This document shows, one piece after another, positions 61,248 through 64,000 of a DNA stretch of 64,000 bases. The position numbers and the translations under genes are program-made. Positions within the stretch are counted from its first letter, which is position 1. The number at the start of each line of letters is the position of its first letter. Source of the DNA: an uncultured SAR86 cluster bacterium. Lineage in GTDB: Bacteria; Pseudomonadota; Gammaproteobacteria; Magnimaribacterales; D2472. Location of the stretch: assembly GCA_902541365.1 (NCBI GenBank), contig CACBQK010000002.1:1478-65477 (forward strand). The letters are read 5' to 3'. The notes beneath the pieces were generated by a model. The model ran no database searches. It saw nothing but the letters and a program-made list of their open reading frames with translations, and was not told where the DNA came from.

Positions 61248-62251
61248 TAACAGGCTATATTGAGGGCTATTATGGTGTTGAACTATCTTGGAAAGAGAGA
61301 GATTCTATAATATCAAAGCTTCGTCAGGTCGGATGCAACACTTATTTTTATTGCCCGAAAGAAGATCCTTATCATAGAGTTAGATGGAAAGATGATTATC
61401 CAATTGATTGGATAGAAGATTTTAAAAAATTCAAGTCAAATGCAGATAGTGCTGGAATTGATATTATCTTTGGCATTTCTCCGGGCGCATCTTTGGAGTT
61501 AAAAGATTTTGAACATTTAGAAAGAAAAATAGCCATCTTTAAGGAGCTATCTATTGAAAATTTTTGTATTCTTTTTGATGATATTCCCAAGGAAAAAGAG
61601 CAATTTTCTCTTCATAGAGAAGTGCTTGAACTTTGCCTAGAAAAGTTTCCAAATATTAATTTTTCTTGTGTGCCGTCACAGTATTGTAAACACATGTTTG
61701 AAAATTCTAATAATTCTTATTTAGAAGAATTAGATAAAGTTGATAAAAGTATTCCTTTCTTTTGGACAGGAAATCAAGTCATAACATCCAATTATTCTGA
61801 TAAAAATATTGATAGTTGGAAAGAGTTGTTTCGTGAGGATAGAGACTTAATAATTTGGGATAATACTTTTGCAAATGACTATTGTGTTCCTAAGATTGTA
61901 CTGCAAAATTTTGATGGCTTTTTTTCTAAAGATGATGAAAAAGTATCTGGGTTTCTCTTAAATGCATCTGGTATAGAGTTTATAGATCTTATTGCTATTG
62001 AAATATTGGACAATGCATTAAAGGAAAAACAAATAATGCTCGATGATATTCTAAAAGATAGAGGCTTTCCTAAAGAACTCATTAATTTAAGTCATTTTTT
62101 AAAAATAAATATTTCATCGAGCTTTTCAGATGTTGAAAAAAAAGATCTAGATTTTCTCCTTTGGAACTGGAATGGAAAAATAAAAAAGTTTTTTATCCAT
62201 ACCTCCATCAACTCAACCAAATTTTTAATGAAACAGATAAGCATGAAATAA
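61244..62251 (+). CDS. GH84 beta-N-acetylglucosaminidase (O-GlcNAcase-like) catalytic domain protein
   Basis: GYIEGYYG, YFYCPKEDPYHR..W, FGISPG, ILFDD catalytic Asp pair, FWTG, IWDN..ANDY; ATGA overlap with the moeB stop. Confidence 0.88.
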   Translation: MITGYIEGYYGVELSWKERDSIISKLRQVGCNTYFYCPKEDPYHRVRWKDDYPIDWIEDFKKFKSNADSAGIDIIFGISPGASLELKDFEHLERKIAIFKELSIENFCILFDDIPKEKEQFSLHREVLELCLEKFPNINFSCVPSQYCKHMFENSNNSYLEELDKVDKSIPFFWTGNQVITSNYSDKNIDSWKELFREDRDLIIWDNTFANDYCVPKIVLQNFDGFFSKDDEKVSGFLLNASGIEFIDLIAIEILDNALKEKQIMLDDILKDRGFPKELINLSHFLKINISSSFSDVEKKDLDFLLWNWNGKIKKFFIHTSINSTKFLMKQISMK

Positions 62252-62341
62252 ATGGTTTAAAAAAGCGCTTTCGTATTAAATAATAAAGATATTTTTATTA
62301 TAAGAATATTAGGTTAATATTTAATTTAGATTTTAAGAAAT

Positions 62342-62656
62342 ATGAGTGAAGTTCCAGTATATGTTGTAGCAAATATCGTAATCCAAGATCCTGATACTTA
62401 TAAAAAATATGAAAAAGGATTCTTTCCGATATTAAAGAAATATGAAGGTAAGTTCATTACTTTTGATGATAATATTGGCCAACTTGAAGGAAGTTCTGAA
62501 GTTTCTGGAAGAGTTATAATTTTTTCTTTTCCAAATGAAAACTTAGCCGATCAATGGTACAGCAGTGTCGAATACCAAGAATTAAGTGCTTTTAGAAGAG
62601 AGGGCACTGATACCATTTCAATTTTTAAAGTTAAAGGACAACCACCAAGAAATTAA
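62342..62656 (+). CDS. DUF1330 family protein
   Basis: D.DTYKKY, KYEGKF, LEG, IIFSFP, WYSS.EYQ..R pattern. Confidence 0.88.
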   Translation: MSEVPVYVVANIVIQDPDTYKKYEKGFFPILKKYEGKFITFDDNIGQLEGSSEVSGRVIIFSFPNENLADQWYSSVEYQELSAFRREGTDTISIFKVKGQPPRN

Positions 62657-62669
62657 GGGAGGAATAATT

Positions 62670-64000
62670 ATGTTATTAGGAGATATGCAAGACTGGAAAC
62701 CAAATGTTGCAAGCATTATAGAGTATGCTGCAGATATTTATCCTGAGTCTGAAGTAGTAAGTAAATTAGTAAGTGGTGAAGTCCATAGGACTAACTATAA
62801 AGAGGTATGTGTTAGATCAAGGAAGTTAGCTTCAAAGCTTTCTCAAGATGGTTATAAACAAGGAGATGTCATCGCCACTCTTGCTCTAAACACTTTTAGA
62901 CATCTTGAGGCATATTATGGTGTTTCAGGAATGGGCGCAGTTGTTCATACTTTGAATTTTAGATTACATCCCGAGCAGGCAGTTTACATTATTAATCATG
63001 CTGAGGACAAAGTAATCTTTGTTGAGGCACCTTTTGTTCCTATCCTAGAGGCGCTTCAAGAAAACCTCACTACTGTTGAGAAATATATTGTCTTTTGCAA
63101 TAAAGATGAGATGCCTGAAACTTCTCTCAAAAATTGTTTGTCATATGAAGAATATATTGAAGATGGTGATGAAAATTTTGTCTGGCCAGACCTTCCTGAT
63201 AATGCAGCTTGTGGACTTTGCTATACATCGGGCACAACAGGAAATCCAAAAGGAGTTTTATATTCACATAAATCGACAATTCTTCACGCAATTTCAGCAG
63301 CTGGACCAAAGGCTTTAAAAATTGAAGGAGATGACTCTGTTTTAATGGTTGTTCCTATGTTCCACGTTATGGCATGGGGAGTTCCATACTATGGTGCAAT
63401 TTATGGACTTAAAATTGTAATGCCTGGAATGGCAATGGATGGTGAGTCTCTCTATGAAATGTGCAAGGAGGAGAAGGTAACACTTGCCTTTGGGGTGCCA
63501 ACAGTTTGGATGCAGCTATTAGGGTATTGTAGAGAAAATAATGTTGTCCTTGAATCAATGAATAGTACTGTAATAGGAGGTTCAGCAGTAACAGTAGCAA
63601 TGATAAAAGAGTTTGATCAAGTACATGGAGTAACCGTTCTTCAAGGATGGGGCATGACTGAGATGAGCCCTCTTGGAACAACAAATTTTCCAACACCTGA
63701 AATGGAAAATATGCCTGATGATGAAAAATATGCAATTCAAGTTAAAGCAGGTAAACCTGTTTTTGGTGTAGAAATGAAAATTGTTGACCCTGATGGAAAT
63801 ACTTTACCAAATGATGGTAAGGCTTCAGGAAGCCTATTAGTAAGAGGCCCTTGGATTATTAAAAAATATTTTAAAGCTGAGGAGGATGCTGTAGATAAAG
63901 ATGGTTGGTTTGATACCGGTGATATATCATCTATAGATCCAGATGGATATATGTCTATTGTTGATAGAGAAAAAGATGTCATTAAATCAGGTGGTGAATG
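62670..64000 (+). CDS. AMP-forming acyl-CoA ligase, AlkK/DmdB-like (3'-partial; not in the ORF track)
   Basis: GGGAGG RBS then MLLGDMQDWKPNVASIIEYAA. Motifs HLEAYYGVSG.GAV.HTLNFRL, CYTSGTTGNPKG, QGWGMTE, WFDTGD and DREKDVIKSGGE run to the window end. Confidence 0.95.
   Translation, partial: MLLGDMQDWKPNVASIIEYAADIYPESEVVSKLVSGEVHRTNYKEVCVRSRKLASKLSQDGYKQGDVIATLALNTFRHLEAYYGVSGMGAVVHTLNFRLHPEQAVYIINHAEDKVIFVEAPFVPILEALQENLTTVEKYIVFCNKDEMPETSLKNCLSYEEYIEDGDENFVWPDLPDNAACGLCYTSGTTGNPKGVLYSHKSTILHAISAAGPKALKIEGDDSVLMVVPMFHVMAWGVPYYGAIYGLKIVMPGMAMDGESLYEMCKEEKVTLAFGVPTVWMQLLGYCRENNVVLESMNSTVIGGSAVTVAMIKEFDQVHGVTVLQGWGMTEMSPLGTTNFPTPEMENMPDDEKYAIQVKAGKPVFGVEMKIVDPDGNTLPNDGKASGSLLVRGPWIIKKYFKAEEDAVDKDGWFDTGDISSIDPDGYMSIVDREKDVIKSGGE

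Overview
A low-GC, very compact bacterial chromosome segment. Gene order is gammaproteobacterial. Tiny or overlapping intergenic spaces, many GTG/TTG starts, shortened proteins and missing accessory genes point to a streamlined marine lineage such as SAR86 (inference; no search was run). Almost all of it is core housekeeping: uppS-cdsA-dxr-rseP-bamA-skp-lpxD-fabZ-lpxA-lpxB-rnhB-dnaE-accA-tilS; leuA; rimI; astA-astB; valS-pepA; lptFG; dapE-map; carAB-greA-rlmE-ftsH-glmM-tpiA-secG; rimP-nusA-infB-rbfA-truB-rpsO-pnp; ispE-prs-rplY-pth-ychF; hemA-prfA-prmC-moeB; four tRNAs. I saw no CRISPR array, integrase, transposase or prophage. Best leads: (1) two tandem paralogous ~72-78 aa membrane proteins after pnp, the first with its own promoter, G7 RBS and terminator; (2) an unannotated 42-aa lysine-rich ORF between the peptide transporter and dapE; (3) a GH84 O-GlcNAcase-like gene coupled to the hemA-prfA operon, with an in-phase A_AAA_AAG slippery site and an alternative -1 C-terminus; (4) an H-type pseudoknot in the rpsO leader; (5) a ValRS lacking its C-terminal arm; (6) a divergent Pol III psi-like gene while holC is absent from its usual site; (7) an FG-GAP/integrin-like lipoprotein in front of a bare astA-astB pair. 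I cannot establish from sequence alone that any of these is undescribed.
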